Positions 20,557-30,227 of a DNA stretch of 64,000 nucleotides are shown one piece after another. A model generated the notes under the pieces. It saw only the letters and a program-made list of their open reading frames with translations. It searched no databases and was not told the origin of the DNA. This DNA is from Ostreococcus lucimarinus (Eukaryota), in NCBI GenBank assembly GCA_000092065.1, contig CP000600.1; one strand, written 5' to 3'. The position numbers and the translations under genes were made by a program. Numbering within the stretch: the first letter of the stretch is position 1; every line of letters begins with the position of its first letter.

Positions 20557-20652
20557 CGTGCGCGCGGGCGAGTGGCTACTTTGTGATTTTATGATACAAC
20601 GACGACGCGCGACGCGAGCCACGGCGCGAGCGATGGTGCGGCTTCGACGGAG

Positions 20653-23169
20653 CTACGGCATGAGCGATGGTGCGGCCTCGACGGCGCGCTTCTTGGACTC
20701 GATCACGAGACGCTTTTCGGCGAAGAACATGCGCTCGAGCTCGGGGGCGATGTCTTCCATCGTGGGACGCTCGAGGGCGTCGGCGCGCCAACATCGAGCG
20801 ATGACGGCGATGTATTCTTCGGGAAGACGCACGGCGAACTTTGAGGCGTCATCGAGCGACGGACGCTCGCCGCGAAGTAGAGCGGCGACGATTTGCATCG
20901 GTGATAAACCGCTGAAGGGATCTTCGCGCGTGAGACACTCCCACATGACGACGGCGAAACTGTACACGTCAACGGCGGTCGTGTACCGAGGCTGGCCTTC
21001 GAGGAGTTCGGGAGCCATGAACTGGTACGTGCCGACGAGCGACATCATGCCGCCGCTCGTCGACGCGCCGGTGTGAAATTTCGACAACCCAAAATCTCCG
21101 AGTTTTATGGATCCGCCGTCGTCGATGAACAAGTTTCCAGACTTGACGTCGCGGTGGATGATGTCCGAAGCGTGCAAATACACCAAGCCTTTCGCGGCCT
21201 CGCTCATCCATTTCAGAACCTTAAACGCCGAAAGGGTCTTGTTCGGGTTGTGCAGGTACGCGTATAGCGATCCTTTGTCGCAGTAGTCCATGATGATGCA
21301 TAGATTCGGCGGTGCTGTGGATGCGCCGATGAATTGCACGATGTGACGATGTCGCAAACGCGTGAGGAAAGAAAGCTCGCGCTTGAACTCAGCCAAACCG
21401 CGCTCGTCGCTCACGTCGCTCAGCACGCACAATCGCTTGATGGCAACGTCTGTTCCTCTATACTTACCGCGGAATACTTCGCCAAACGCGCCGCGACCGA
21501 TTTGTCGACCAAACTCTAAATGGTCGAGTGGAATCTCTTCAAAGTCGTTTTGTCGCGACGACGGTGTGGTCATCGGGCTTCGCGGCGGCTTTTGCGGCGC
21601 CAAAGGCGATGGCGTCGACTGCGGCGAACGTTTGCTTTCGCTCTCGTCTAAAGCATCGGTGAGCGTGCGCACGGCGAACGGATCGACGTACGTCGAAGCA
21701 GACGCTGGCCCGCTTTGAAGCGGCGTGAACTCGAGCGGCGCCGCAAACGCGTCCAAATCAAAATCGCTGGGTTTTCGACGATGACCGGGGCGCGCGCCCA
21801 AATCGAGCGGCGGCGCCAAGCCGAACGGATTATAATGCTCGTTGTCATCATTGTCGTCGAACTTGATCAGAGGCGGAATCTCCCCCACGGCGATTATCTG
21901 CGGCGCCTGCGCCGCCAGATCGGCGTCCATCAAGTTTTCAAACGTCGGATCCAACACGTGTTTCTTAGCCGGCGCGTTGGCGCTTAAAATCTCCTTAATA
22001 TCCGTCTCCTTCTCTAAGAACTTTGGTTCCGTTTCACCGAGCGTATGCACGATTTCCTGCCTCAGGAACGCCTTGCGTAACGCCACGCGAAAGCATTCTC
22101 GCAACGCGACGTGCTCGGCGCGAAACTTTTCGTTGTCACCTTCGGACAACCTATTCTCTTCCGCCAACGTCGCCGCAACGAAGAGCGCAGCGGCGTACGC
22201 TAAATCCGCCTCGCGCAACGCCAACCGCGCGACGAAACCGATGAGATCGGTCCATTGGAACTTGTCGAATTCGTTCGTCGTCGCCGCGACGGCTTCGGGC
22301 AAGTGTCGCGCGGCGAGCTCGACGACTCGTCTCGCTTTTCCCGCCACCGCGATGAGCGCGCACAAACTGACCGAGGAAATTGGATCGTGCATCCCGATAT
22401 CATCGTCCTCAAGCGTCTCCACGCGTGCGTCCACGGAGTAATTGTTCTCAAACGCCACGAAGAAGCGATGAAACTTACTCTTCGCTCGAATCATCGCCGC
22501 GTACGGCGCCACCAGCCCCGCGCACGCGTCGAACCCTTCGCGCTCGTAAAACCCCAAACCCTTCGTAAACTCCGCACTCGCCTTGCGTCTCGCCCCTCCG
22601 AGCGCCCCGAAATCGCTCGAATACGCCTCCAAAGGCTCATCCATCAATTTTTCTCGCCACGCGTACGTCGGATGCAAAATCGACGAGCTCCCGTGTTGCT
22701 GCAACGCGTGCACCACTCCACACATCCGCAGCGCCGACACCGAGCTTCGCAACACATCCACTCTCGCCAACGATTTCAGCATCATCTCTATGTTCTCACT
22801 CCGTCGCGTCGCGTCTTCGCACCACGTCGCTCGCACCAATCGTTCGACGTGCCGTCGCTTCGGCGCTCGTCCCTCGCTCGAGTGCATCGTCGCCTTCACG
22901 CACGAGTACTCGATCGGCGTCAGGCTCCGCATGTACGACTGGAACTTTTCATTGAACGTGCCGACGTCGTCCGCGAACGACGGCGTCGGCGTCAGCGCGC
23001 CGCTGAAACTCGACGCGCTTTCGTGATGATGATGTTGGTGACTCAAACTCGTCGTCGCGCCGTCGCTCGACCGCGTCGGCGCGCGCGCGACGTCGCCGCG
23101 ATCGCCGACGGCGTCGCTCGCGCCGTCGGTGCCCTCGCGCGCGTCGAAGACGCGCTCGGCGCGCGACAT
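20653..23169 (-). CDS. Raf-like (TKL) serine/threonine protein kinase with a long N-terminal regulatory region
   Basis: C-terminal catalytic domain: GRGAFGEVFRGKYRGTDVAIKRL, HRDVKSGNLFIDDGGSIKLGDFGLSKF, GTYQFMAPELL, DVYSFAVVMWECLT. The ORF runs to 23472, but its upstream part overlaps MMS19; the most plausible ATG is at 23167-23169 (MSRAERVF), and the start is uncertain. Confidence 0.8.
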   Translation of the reverse strand: MSRAERVFDAREGTDGASDAVGDRGDVARAPTRSSDGATTSLSHQHHHHESASSFSGALTPTPSFADDVGTFNEKFQSYMRSLTPIEYSCVKATMHSSEGRAPKRRHVERLVRATWCEDATRRSENIEMMLKSLARVDVLRSSVSALRMCGVVHALQQHGSSSILHPTYAWREKLMDEPLEAYSSDFGALGGARRKASAEFTKGLGFYEREGFDACAGLVAPYAAMIRAKSKFHRFFVAFENNYSVDARVETLEDDDIGMHDPISSVSLCALIAVAGKARRVVELAARHLPEAVAATTNEFDKFQWTDLIGFVARLALREADLAYAAALFVAATLAEENRLSEGDNEKFRAEHVALRECFRVALRKAFLRQEIVHTLGETEPKFLEKETDIKEILSANAPAKKHVLDPTFENLMDADLAAQAPQIIAVGEIPPLIKFDDNDDNEHYNPFGLAPPLDLGARPGHRRKPSDFDLDAFAAPLEFTPLQSGPASASTYVDPFAVRTLTDALDESESKRSPQSTPSPLAPQKPPRSPMTTPSSRQNDFEEIPLDHLEFGRQIGRGAFGEVFRGKYRGTDVAIKRLCVLSDVSDERGLAEFKRELSFLTRLRHRHIVQFIGASTAPPNLCIIMDYCDKGSLYAYLHNPNKTLSAFKVLKWMSEAAKGLVYLHASDIIHRDVKSGNLFIDDGGSIKLGDFGLSKFHTGASTSGGMMSLVGTYQFMAPELLEGQPRYTTAVDVYSFAVVMWECLTREDPFSGLSPMQIVAALLRGERPSLDDASKFAVRLPEEYIAVIARCWRADALERPTMEDIAPELERMFFAEKRLVIESKKRAVEAAPSLMP

Positions 23170-23212
23170 GACGACGCCGTCGCCGCAGATTGCGACGCTC
23201 CGGCGTCGAACA

Positions 23213-26200
23213 ATGGCGACGCGCGACGCCCTCGCGGCGTTCTGCGCCGCGTCGGCGCGCGACGACGACGCGACATCGCTCGCGGACGACGTCGCGCTCG
23301 CCGAGATCGCGCGCGCGATCGCGGACGGCGCGCGCGCGGTTTTAGACGTCGTCGTCGACCTGGAAGGATTTCTCACAGCGACCGAGCCAAAGCCGCGGGC
23401 GCGGGCGACGGAAATCCTCGCGCACGTCGCCGAAGAGTGCGCGATGACGCTGGATGATCGCGCGGTGCGCACGCTGAGCGCGTTCTTCGCGTCGAGGTTG
23501 AGCGATTTCGCGTCGACGGCGAGCGCGGCGCGCGGCGCCGAGGCGTTGGTGAAGCGAGCGAACGCGGAGGCGATCGAAGCGACGTCGAGGGCACTTTTCG
23601 CGGAGTGCGACGTGCAGGGGTTGAGACAAAGCGATAGGGAAGCGTGCGTGCGGTTGGCGATCGAAATGCTGCGGAGTGCGCACGCTGGGGCGTGCGCGCG
23701 CGGGGCGGGGGACGGGGAGCCGAACGAGGCGTTGGCGAGAATAATCGGCGCGTTCGATGGGGAGAAGGATCCTAGGTGCGTGTTGGGATTGTGTGAGGTG
23801 TGGACATTGTTGCCAGGGGCGTTTGAGCGGTTCGGGGAGGGTGGAAAGGCGGTGTACGAGGAGAATGCGGAGGAATTGTACGACGTCGCGGCGAGTTACT
23901 TTCCAGTGAGTTTCAAGCCGCCGAGAGGGGATTCGATTAAGATTTCTCGTCGCCAACTCGCGGAGGCGGTCGAACGCGCGATGACGGCGTCACCAACATT
24001 CGCACCGTGGGCCGTCGCGCACGCGTTGGAGAGTTTGAACCCTGAACTAGGTCCGGGGAAGATGGCGGACGCCGCGCGCGCGGTTCGCGCGATGGGCGAA
24101 CGTTTCGGCGCGAGCGTCATGGAAGAATACATGGGTATCGTTTGGCAAGCCATGCGCGCCGCATTGGCGCATCCCAACGCGACGAAGATGGAAGAAGACG
24201 ACGACGTGCAGGCGACGACGCCGATGGCGGTGATGACGACGATGTTTGCCAGCGAATTCACTCGCGGCACGCTCGCGCGCGCGGCGTTGACGGATCAATG
24301 CGTGCGCGACGCCGAAGTGACTTTGCGTCGCATGGCGAACGACAGCTCGTCGGATGACGTCGACGGCGCGTGCGCGATGGAGACCTCAGACGAGGGGTGC
24401 TGTGGCGGTGGTTGCGGCGGTGGGAGTAAGTCGTCCGGCGAAGAAGCGGCGAGGGGAAAACTCGTCGTTGCGACGGCGAGTCGCGTGCTCGGTGCGGTTG
24501 CCGCGGCGACCCCCACACTCGCGCATGATGTCATACACGGCACTTTAAAGTCACTTCTCGACGCCGCGAAGATTCCACGCGAAATAGATGGACTTCATTC
24601 GTCCAAAGCGGCGTACTTGGCTCTCATTCTTGCCACGCCCGCGCTCGGCGGCGCGTTGGATTGCTGCGAACGGAACGCCGAATCAAGTGTGCACATGAGC
24701 GTCTTGGACGATGAAAGTGAACGGTTGGTGGGGCTGTTTGCCGACGCAGCGCTGGGAAAGATCGAATCCCCGAGCTTTGACGAAGGCATCGTTTTAGGTT
24801 TAGCAGGATTGCACATGTTGTGCAAGTTTCCATACAGATTCGGTCTGGCGAGCGCTGAGTCGCGAGTCGCCGTGGCGAGCAAGCTATTCGATGCGATGAT
24901 GGCGCAACACGTAAACGAGTCCGAGGCCGATATCGAAGTGCGCATTGAGCGTTCGATCGATGCGCTCGTCGCCGCAGCGAGCGGTGCGGACGCAAAACTC
25001 GTTGACGCGATGTCGACGGGCGCCGTCGCTCTCCTTGCAGACAAAGTGACAGTTACGAATTTGCAAACCGTCGAAGCGACGCGAGCGATTCGTGCCCTCT
25101 GCGCCCTCGCGGCAGTAAATCAGATGATTCGAAACGACGTCGCGCGATTGTTTTGCGGCGTTGTGCGTGATGCTATCGAGATTGGTTCGCCGAATGCCGA
25201 GGATCTGGTGTCCGCGATGTGCCGCGACGACGACGGTGTACTGACGCGGTTTGTTTCATCCGACGAAGCACAGCGAGCGTGCGCCGATCTCACCACATTT
25301 TGTCTCGCGCGTGATCCTGCCACAACTGCAGAGTCCACCGTGCGCGTCGTCGCGAGCGCGGTGGCGAATTGTGACGACGCGACGCAAGCGCGATTCGCCG
25401 CCGAAGCCGTCGCGCTCTCGCGCGAAAAGCCGCTGATGGCTTGCGCGGTGATTTGTGGACTACGACCGCAAGCGGCGTTCGAAGCGACACACATGGTGGC
25501 CGCTCTCGACGAATTAACGCGCTCGCGCGGCGACCGAGGATTCTCGATGTTCGTCGCCGCCGCCGTCGGTTCGGCGACGCACAAATTCCCGAGCGTGGAC
25601 TTCGCGCCACCTATGGAAGACTTGACGGACGAGCGCACGACTTTCGTTCTCGGTGCGTGCTTGCGCGCGCGAGCGATGCGTCGAGACGATTCGTCGCCAT
25701 CTGATGCGCTGGTTTCGTGTCTCGTTCGCGCTCTCGACGACAGTTCGTCGCCTGAAGCGTCGAGAGGCGCGGCGATGGCGTTGAGCATGGCTGTGGGATT
25801 CAGCGCTGCGCATCGCGACATCGGGCTAGGTTTGAAGTCTTCGACTCACGCGAGCGAAAAGTTCCTCGCGTGTCAACGTTTCTTCACGAAAGTTGCGCCG
25901 ACTTTGATCAAGGGCGCGTACGAAGCCGTGGGCGCGAAGCGCTTGTCGAGATCTTACGCAGTCGTCAAGCTCGCCAGCGGCGTCGCCCCATCCGTGGCAC
26001 TCAGTTCGCAGTTCAACCTGTTCCCGCTGTTACCAGACGTGTTACACGCACTCACCGTCGGTACGCTCGCCGGTGACGACGACGCCGTGCGCGCGGCGCT
26101 CCTCCTCGTCGGCGCGCGACTCGCCGAGCCCGCACTGTACGATGCCGGCAGCGAAGGCGCGACGGAGCAGAACGCCGTCGCTCTCATCGACGCCCTGTGC

Positions 26201-26419
26201 GCCATCGCCACTGCAACGAGCACAATGTCCATGGAGTGTCGGGAGCACGCCCTCGATGCTCTCGTCGCGGCGTCGACGCTCAAGTTCAGCGCCGTGTACC
26301 CGAGTCGCCGGCGCGCGCTCGACGCCGCCGTCGTCGCGTGTGACGATCCTAAACGTCGCGTCCGCCGCGCCGCCGCGCGAGCGCGACAGGTATGGCTCAA
26401 ATTAATGACCTCTACTTAG
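23213..26419 (+). CDS. MMS19: MMS19 (cytosolic Fe-S assembly targeting / DNA-repair HEAT-repeat protein)
   Basis: MMS19 N-domain (ARATEILAHV, RAVRTLSAFFASRLSDF, FDGEKDPRCVLGLCEVWTLL, YFPVSFKPPRGDSIKISRRQLAEAV, SPTFAPWA), HEAT repeats throughout, and the C-terminal PKRRVRRAAARARQVWLKL typical of MMS19. Start set at MATRDALAAF (ATG 23213). Confidence 0.85.
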   Translation: MATRDALAAFCAASARDDDATSLADDVALAEIARAIADGARAVLDVVVDLEGFLTATEPKPRARATEILAHVAEECAMTLDDRAVRTLSAFFASRLSDFASTASAARGAEALVKRANAEAIEATSRALFAECDVQGLRQSDREACVRLAIEMLRSAHAGACARGAGDGEPNEALARIIGAFDGEKDPRCVLGLCEVWTLLPGAFERFGEGGKAVYEENAEELYDVAASYFPVSFKPPRGDSIKISRRQLAEAVERAMTASPTFAPWAVAHALESLNPELGPGKMADAARAVRAMGERFGASVMEEYMGIVWQAMRAALAHPNATKMEEDDDVQATTPMAVMTTMFASEFTRGTLARAALTDQCVRDAEVTLRRMANDSSSDDVDGACAMETSDEGCCGGGCGGGSKSSGEEAARGKLVVATASRVLGAVAAATPTLAHDVIHGTLKSLLDAAKIPREIDGLHSSKAAYLALILATPALGGALDCCERNAESSVHMSVLDDESERLVGLFADAALGKIESPSFDEGIVLGLAGLHMLCKFPYRFGLASAESRVAVASKLFDAMMAQHVNESEADIEVRIERSIDALVAAASGADAKLVDAMSTGAVALLADKVTVTNLQTVEATRAIRALCALAAVNQMIRNDVARLFCGVVRDAIEIGSPNAEDLVSAMCRDDDGVLTRFVSSDEAQRACADLTTFCLARDPATTAESTVRVVASAVANCDDATQARFAAEAVALSREKPLMACAVICGLRPQAAFEATHMVAALDELTRSRGDRGFSMFVAAAVGSATHKFPSVDFAPPMEDLTDERTTFVLGACLRARAMRRDDSSPSDALVSCLVRALDDSSSPEASRGAAMALSMAVGFSAAHRDIGLGLKSSTHASEKFLACQRFFTKVAPTLIKGAYEAVGAKRLSRSYAVVKLASGVAPSVALSSQFNLFPLLPDVLHALTVGTLAGDDDAVRAALLLVGARLAEPALYDAGSEGATEQNAVALIDALCAIATATSTMSMECREHALDALVAASTLKFSAVYPSRRRALDAAVVACDDPKRRVRRAAARARQVWLKLMTST

Positions 26420-26463
26420 CGTCATAGCTAGTCCATTCATCACGCGCGCCTTTAGTCCTAGCG

Positions 26464-27114
26464 ATGCAACGGAACGTTCTCTCGCGTCCCGCTCGCTCGC
26501 GTCCCGCTCTCGCGCCGCACACCGCGACTCGCGGCATGCCGGACGCCGCTGGTTCGCGCGACGACGACGTCGGTGTCCCCATAGAGCGCGATGTCGCCGA
26601 CGCTCCGTCGACGTCAAAACCCGCGAGCGCGTCCAAACCGTGCGCGTTCTTCGCCCGAGGTCGTTGCGGTGGTGGAACGCAGTGTCCGTTTTCACACGCG
26701 CCGAGCGTCGTGCGCGCGCGCGCGACGCACGCGTCCAACTGCGGATGCCCGGAGTGCAATCCAATGCGCGCAAAACCGCGCGAAAACGGCGCGAACGACG
26801 CCGATGGGGCGGTATCATCGGAGAGCGAGGAGGAGGGCGCCGTCCCGAACGCCGTCGTCGAGCGCGAGGCGCGCGAACGCGCCGCCGAACGCGCCGAGAC
26901 GCTGCGGCGATGCGCGACGATCGCGGATGAAAATCGGTGCGAATTTTGGCGCGAGTTCCTGCGCGAGGCGAGCTCGGGTCGAGGGAATCGTTTGGTGCCG
27001 TATTGGACGCGCGAGGACGACGCGCCGCCGCCGGCGACCGGACCGCGACCGCGACCGCCGGATGTCGGCGACGCCGACGCGCGCGCGCGCGCGAGACCGC
27101 GTCGTTCGATTTAG
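26464..27114 (+). CDS. small CCCH-type zinc-finger protein
   Basis: C-x7-C-x5-C-x3-H (KPCAFFARGRCGGGTQCPFSHAP) followed by CGCPECNP and an acidic tail; only 45 bp downstream of the MMS19 stop, so the start may be a later Met. Confidence 0.45.
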   Translation: MQRNVLSRPARSRPALAPHTATRGMPDAAGSRDDDVGVPIERDVADAPSTSKPASASKPCAFFARGRCGGGTQCPFSHAPSVVRARATHASNCGCPECNPMRAKPRENGANDADGAVSSESEEEGAVPNAVVEREARERAAERAETLRRCATIADENRCEFWREFLREASSGRGNRLVPYWTREDDAPPPATGPRPRPPDVGDADARARARPRRSI

Positions 27115-27306
27115 CGCACTTAGCCTCTGAAACCGCACCCTCGCGGTCGTAGCTCACGTTTTAGATTGTAGCGTATCGGCGTCCCGAAGCGCGTCCCGAG
27201 GCGCAATTCCACTCAATCGCGCCCGCGCCGCCCGCACTCGTCGTCGCTCGCGCTCGAACCGCGCGCTCTCGGCGCGCGACGTCGCAGACGCCTCGCCCGC
27301 GCCGTC

Positions 27307-27966
27307 ATGTTCGATCTCAAGCAACTGTTCGGCTTAGCGCCGACGCCCGAACAAAAAACCAAAGAGTGCAAGCTCAAACTGCGCAAACTCCAGCGCGAAC
27401 TCGAGCAACAGATTCGCGACGTCGAGCGCGCGACGACGAAGACGACGAGAGAGATCAAGCTCTGCGCGAAGAGAAACGACCAGAAAAGCGCGCGCGCGCT
27501 GGCGAAAGAGATCGTGCAGGCGAGGAAGGCGATTGAAAAGTTGTACACGAGCAAGGCGCGCGCGAGCTCGGTGGAACGCGCGCTGACCAGACGGGCGGCG
27601 ACGCAGACGAGCGTAAAAACGCTCGAACGCTCGAGCGAAGTGCTGAAAGCGATGAACGCGCTGGTGAAAGTGAGCGCGGTGCGCGATCAGGCGAGAGAAT
27701 TGAGCCGGGAGATGACGAGGGCGGGGATCATGGAGGAACTCGTGGAGGAGGCGCTGGCGGATGATTTAGAGGACGAAGACGAGACGGAGCGCGCGATTGA
27801 GGATATTTTAAAGGAAATCGCGGGGGAGGTCGTGTTACCCGACACCGGCGTCGAAGAGAAAGTCACGCGCGAGGCGACGATCGCGGTGGAACCGACGACG
27901 ACGACGACGACGACGACGACGGAAGATTTAAAGGCGCGACTCGAGCGCATGCGGCAAGAGGCGTAG
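27307..27966 (+). CDS. VPS24: ESCRT-III subunit CHMP3/VPS24 (Snf7 family)
   Basis: FG...PEQKTKECKLKLRKLQRELEQQIRDVER, AKEIVQARKAIEKLYTSKA, VLKAMNALVKV, ARELSREMTRAGIMEELVEE and the C-terminal MIM-like LKARLERMR align position by position with CHMP3; contains a poly-Thr9 tract. Confidence 0.9.
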   Translation: MFDLKQLFGLAPTPEQKTKECKLKLRKLQRELEQQIRDVERATTKTTREIKLCAKRNDQKSARALAKEIVQARKAIEKLYTSKARASSVERALTRRAATQTSVKTLERSSEVLKAMNALVKVSAVRDQARELSREMTRAGIMEELVEEALADDLEDEDETERAIEDILKEIAGEVVLPDTGVEEKVTREATIAVEPTTTTTTTTTEDLKARLERMRQEA

Positions 27967-28199
27967 CGAGTCGCTCGTTCGCGCGTTTCAAACGCAAATC
28001 ATCGCCGCGCGCGGCGAGCGATCTGTATCATCAATCAAAACCATTCTCGCGCTGTGTCTCCACGCATCGACGTCGCGCCTTCGCGCGCGCCCGCGTCGCG
28101 CTCGATTCGATTCGCGTCGTCGTCGTCGCCGCGCTCGACGCATTCAATTCCAAATCTACATTCGCGCGCTCGTCACCGCGTCACACGCGCGCGCGCCCC

Positions 28200-30032
28200 A
28201 TGACGCCGCGCGCGCTCGCGAACGCGTCTCCGCGCGTCGCGCGCGGGCGTCCGCGCGCGTCGACGCGCCGCGATGGACGTCGACGCGCGACCGCGGGCGC
28301 AGGGTTCGTTACGCGGACGCGTCGACGCCGCGTCGCGCGCGCGGCGAACGAGGACGCGGCGAGCGAGCGAACGCGCGCGAACGCGTCCGCGATGCCGTCG
28401 AAGACGCTTCGCGGGATGTTCGACGCGGTGCGAGGGTTCGTGCTGGAACCGTCGCGGGACGGCGGCGAAGCGTCGAGCGGCGGCGCGAGCGGCGGCGCGA
28501 GCGCGAGCCGACTGCGAAAAGTCATCGGATCGTTCGTCATGGACGTTTCGCAATCGTTCGATGAGCTCACGGACGCGCCGTCGATGACGACGGACGGCGC
28601 GGCGAATTTGAGGACGACGGCGGCGCGGCGAAGACGGGCTCGGACGCTCACGGCGGAGCGACGGCGACGAAGACGCGACGCGAAGACTCGGGATGAGCTG
28701 AGCGCGCTCGCGCCCGAGGTTGAGGTTCTGACGTTGAACGCGGTGCAGAGACGCGCGATCGGGTTGGATTGCGATGAGATGCACTTTGTGCCCGTCGGCG
28801 ACGCGAGCGGTTGGAGCGCGGCGTTGTTGCGATACAAGGCCAAGGAAGGCGTGGAGACGCGAAGACCGATCGTCATGGTGCCCGGATGCGCGTCAAACGG
28901 GATGACATTTGATGTCGATAAGACGGTGAGCTTACCCAGGTATCTCACGGAGCGCGGGCACGAGGTTTGGATCGTGGAGACGCGCGGCGTCGGGTACGCG
29001 CGCAGATGGACGAGACCGAGGTCGGATTACGTCGAGGTCGCGCCGCCGACGGACTCGGTCGGCGAAGGAAGCGGTGGTGGAATAGAAATACCGATGATGC
29101 GATCGGTGGGATTCGGGCTCTGGGACTTCGACACGCTGTTGAATGAAGATTTGTTTTGCTCGTGCGAGTACATCGCCGAAGTCTGTCGCCGTGGGGATTT
29201 GGCGGGCGTCGGGCATTCGATGGGTGGAATGCTCCTCGCCTCGCTTGCGGCCGTAGGACCGAAAGAAAGCGACATCGGGGTGAATTGTTCGTGGTCCATG
29301 ACTCGCGTGTGCACGATGGCGTCGTGTTTGGAATGTTCCTCGGAGAGCGACCCGGAATCGCCGGCGTCGGTGTACGCGCGTTTCGCCGCCTTGGCGGGCC
29401 ATCTCCCGCGAGGACTCACCGCGAATCCGAGCACGACCACCGTGCACTTACCAATAGCGCCCGCAAGCGTAGCCACCGCGGAGGCGTTTCAATTCGTGCT
29501 CGGTCCACCGCCTCCCATCGACGGCGACGGCGCGTCGGCGCCCGATCCCGCCAAGGCGTTTTGGAGAAATTCAGTCTCCCCGGTGACGTGCCATCCCGGC
29601 GCCACGGACTCGGAATTCCTTCGACGACTACTATTACGAGGCTTCAACAACGTCCCATTGTCGTTGCTGATTCAAATGGCAACACTGTTCACTCCCGGAG
29701 GCATGCGCAGCCGCGACCCATCCATGGGCGTCGACGAATCGTCGAGCGTGCGCGCCAGAATCGCTCGAGACAGCGAACGATTAAAGTACCTCGACGAGCT
29801 CCAGCGCGCGCGCGTGCCTGTTCTCGCCATCGCCGGGGACGTGGACCCGATTTTTCCCCCGAACCAAGTCAAAGCGTACGCCAGAAAAGTAGACGCCGAG
29901 TACCACGTCTTCGGCGACGCGTCGTCGCCGCGCGACGACCCGGACACCCATTACAGCCACTACGACGTCATCTGTGGCCGACACGCCCCTCACAAAGTCT
30001 TCCCCATAGTCGCCGAGTTTCTCGAGCGCTGA
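28200..30032 (+). CDS. alpha/beta-hydrolase-fold protein (GHSMGG nucleophile elbow), function unknown
   Basis: GxSxG motif (VGHSMGGMLLASLAA) with upstream HFVPVGD...PIVMVPGCASNG and downstream LAIAGDVDPIFPP / HYDVICG (Asp/His candidates); basic N-terminal leader. Confidence 0.55.
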   Translation: MTPRALANASPRVARGRPRASTRRDGRRRATAGAGFVTRTRRRRVARAANEDAASERTRANASAMPSKTLRGMFDAVRGFVLEPSRDGGEASSGGASGGASASRLRKVIGSFVMDVSQSFDELTDAPSMTTDGAANLRTTAARRRRARTLTAERRRRRRDAKTRDELSALAPEVEVLTLNAVQRRAIGLDCDEMHFVPVGDASGWSAALLRYKAKEGVETRRPIVMVPGCASNGMTFDVDKTVSLPRYLTERGHEVWIVETRGVGYARRWTRPRSDYVEVAPPTDSVGEGSGGGIEIPMMRSVGFGLWDFDTLLNEDLFCSCEYIAEVCRRGDLAGVGHSMGGMLLASLAAVGPKESDIGVNCSWSMTRVCTMASCLECSSESDPESPASVYARFAALAGHLPRGLTANPSTTTVHLPIAPASVATAEAFQFVLGPPPPIDGDGASAPDPAKAFWRNSVSPVTCHPGATDSEFLRRLLLRGFNNVPLSLLIQMATLFTPGGMRSRDPSMGVDESSSVRARIARDSERLKYLDELQRARVPVLAIAGDVDPIFPPNQVKAYARKVDAEYHVFGDASSPRDDPDTHYSHYDVICGRHAPHKVFPIVAEFLER

Positions 30033-30042
30033 TTTCGACGTT

Positions 30043-30047
30043 TGTAA
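30043..30047 (+). promoter_or_regulatory. TGTAA putative polyadenylation signal
   Basis: 11 nt after stop 30030-30032. Confidence 0.45.
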
Positions 30048-30227
30048 TCGCATCGTATCGAGTCGTCGCGCTTCGCTCGCCTAACCGCCGCGTCGCCGCA
30101 CACCGCGCCGCTCGCGCGTCCCGCGCGCGGCGCTCGCATGCGCACCGCGTCGCGCTCGAACGCGAGTGTGCAAACGGTCACGCCCGCGCGTCCCGTTCGC
30201 TCGCCCGCGCGTCGCTCGCGTCGCGCG

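Noticed and set aside
26402-27157. 251-aa minus-strand ORF (R-rich)
   Set aside because: Antisense to the CCCH zinc-finger ORF; extreme Arg content (RRRRRHPAVAVAVR...).
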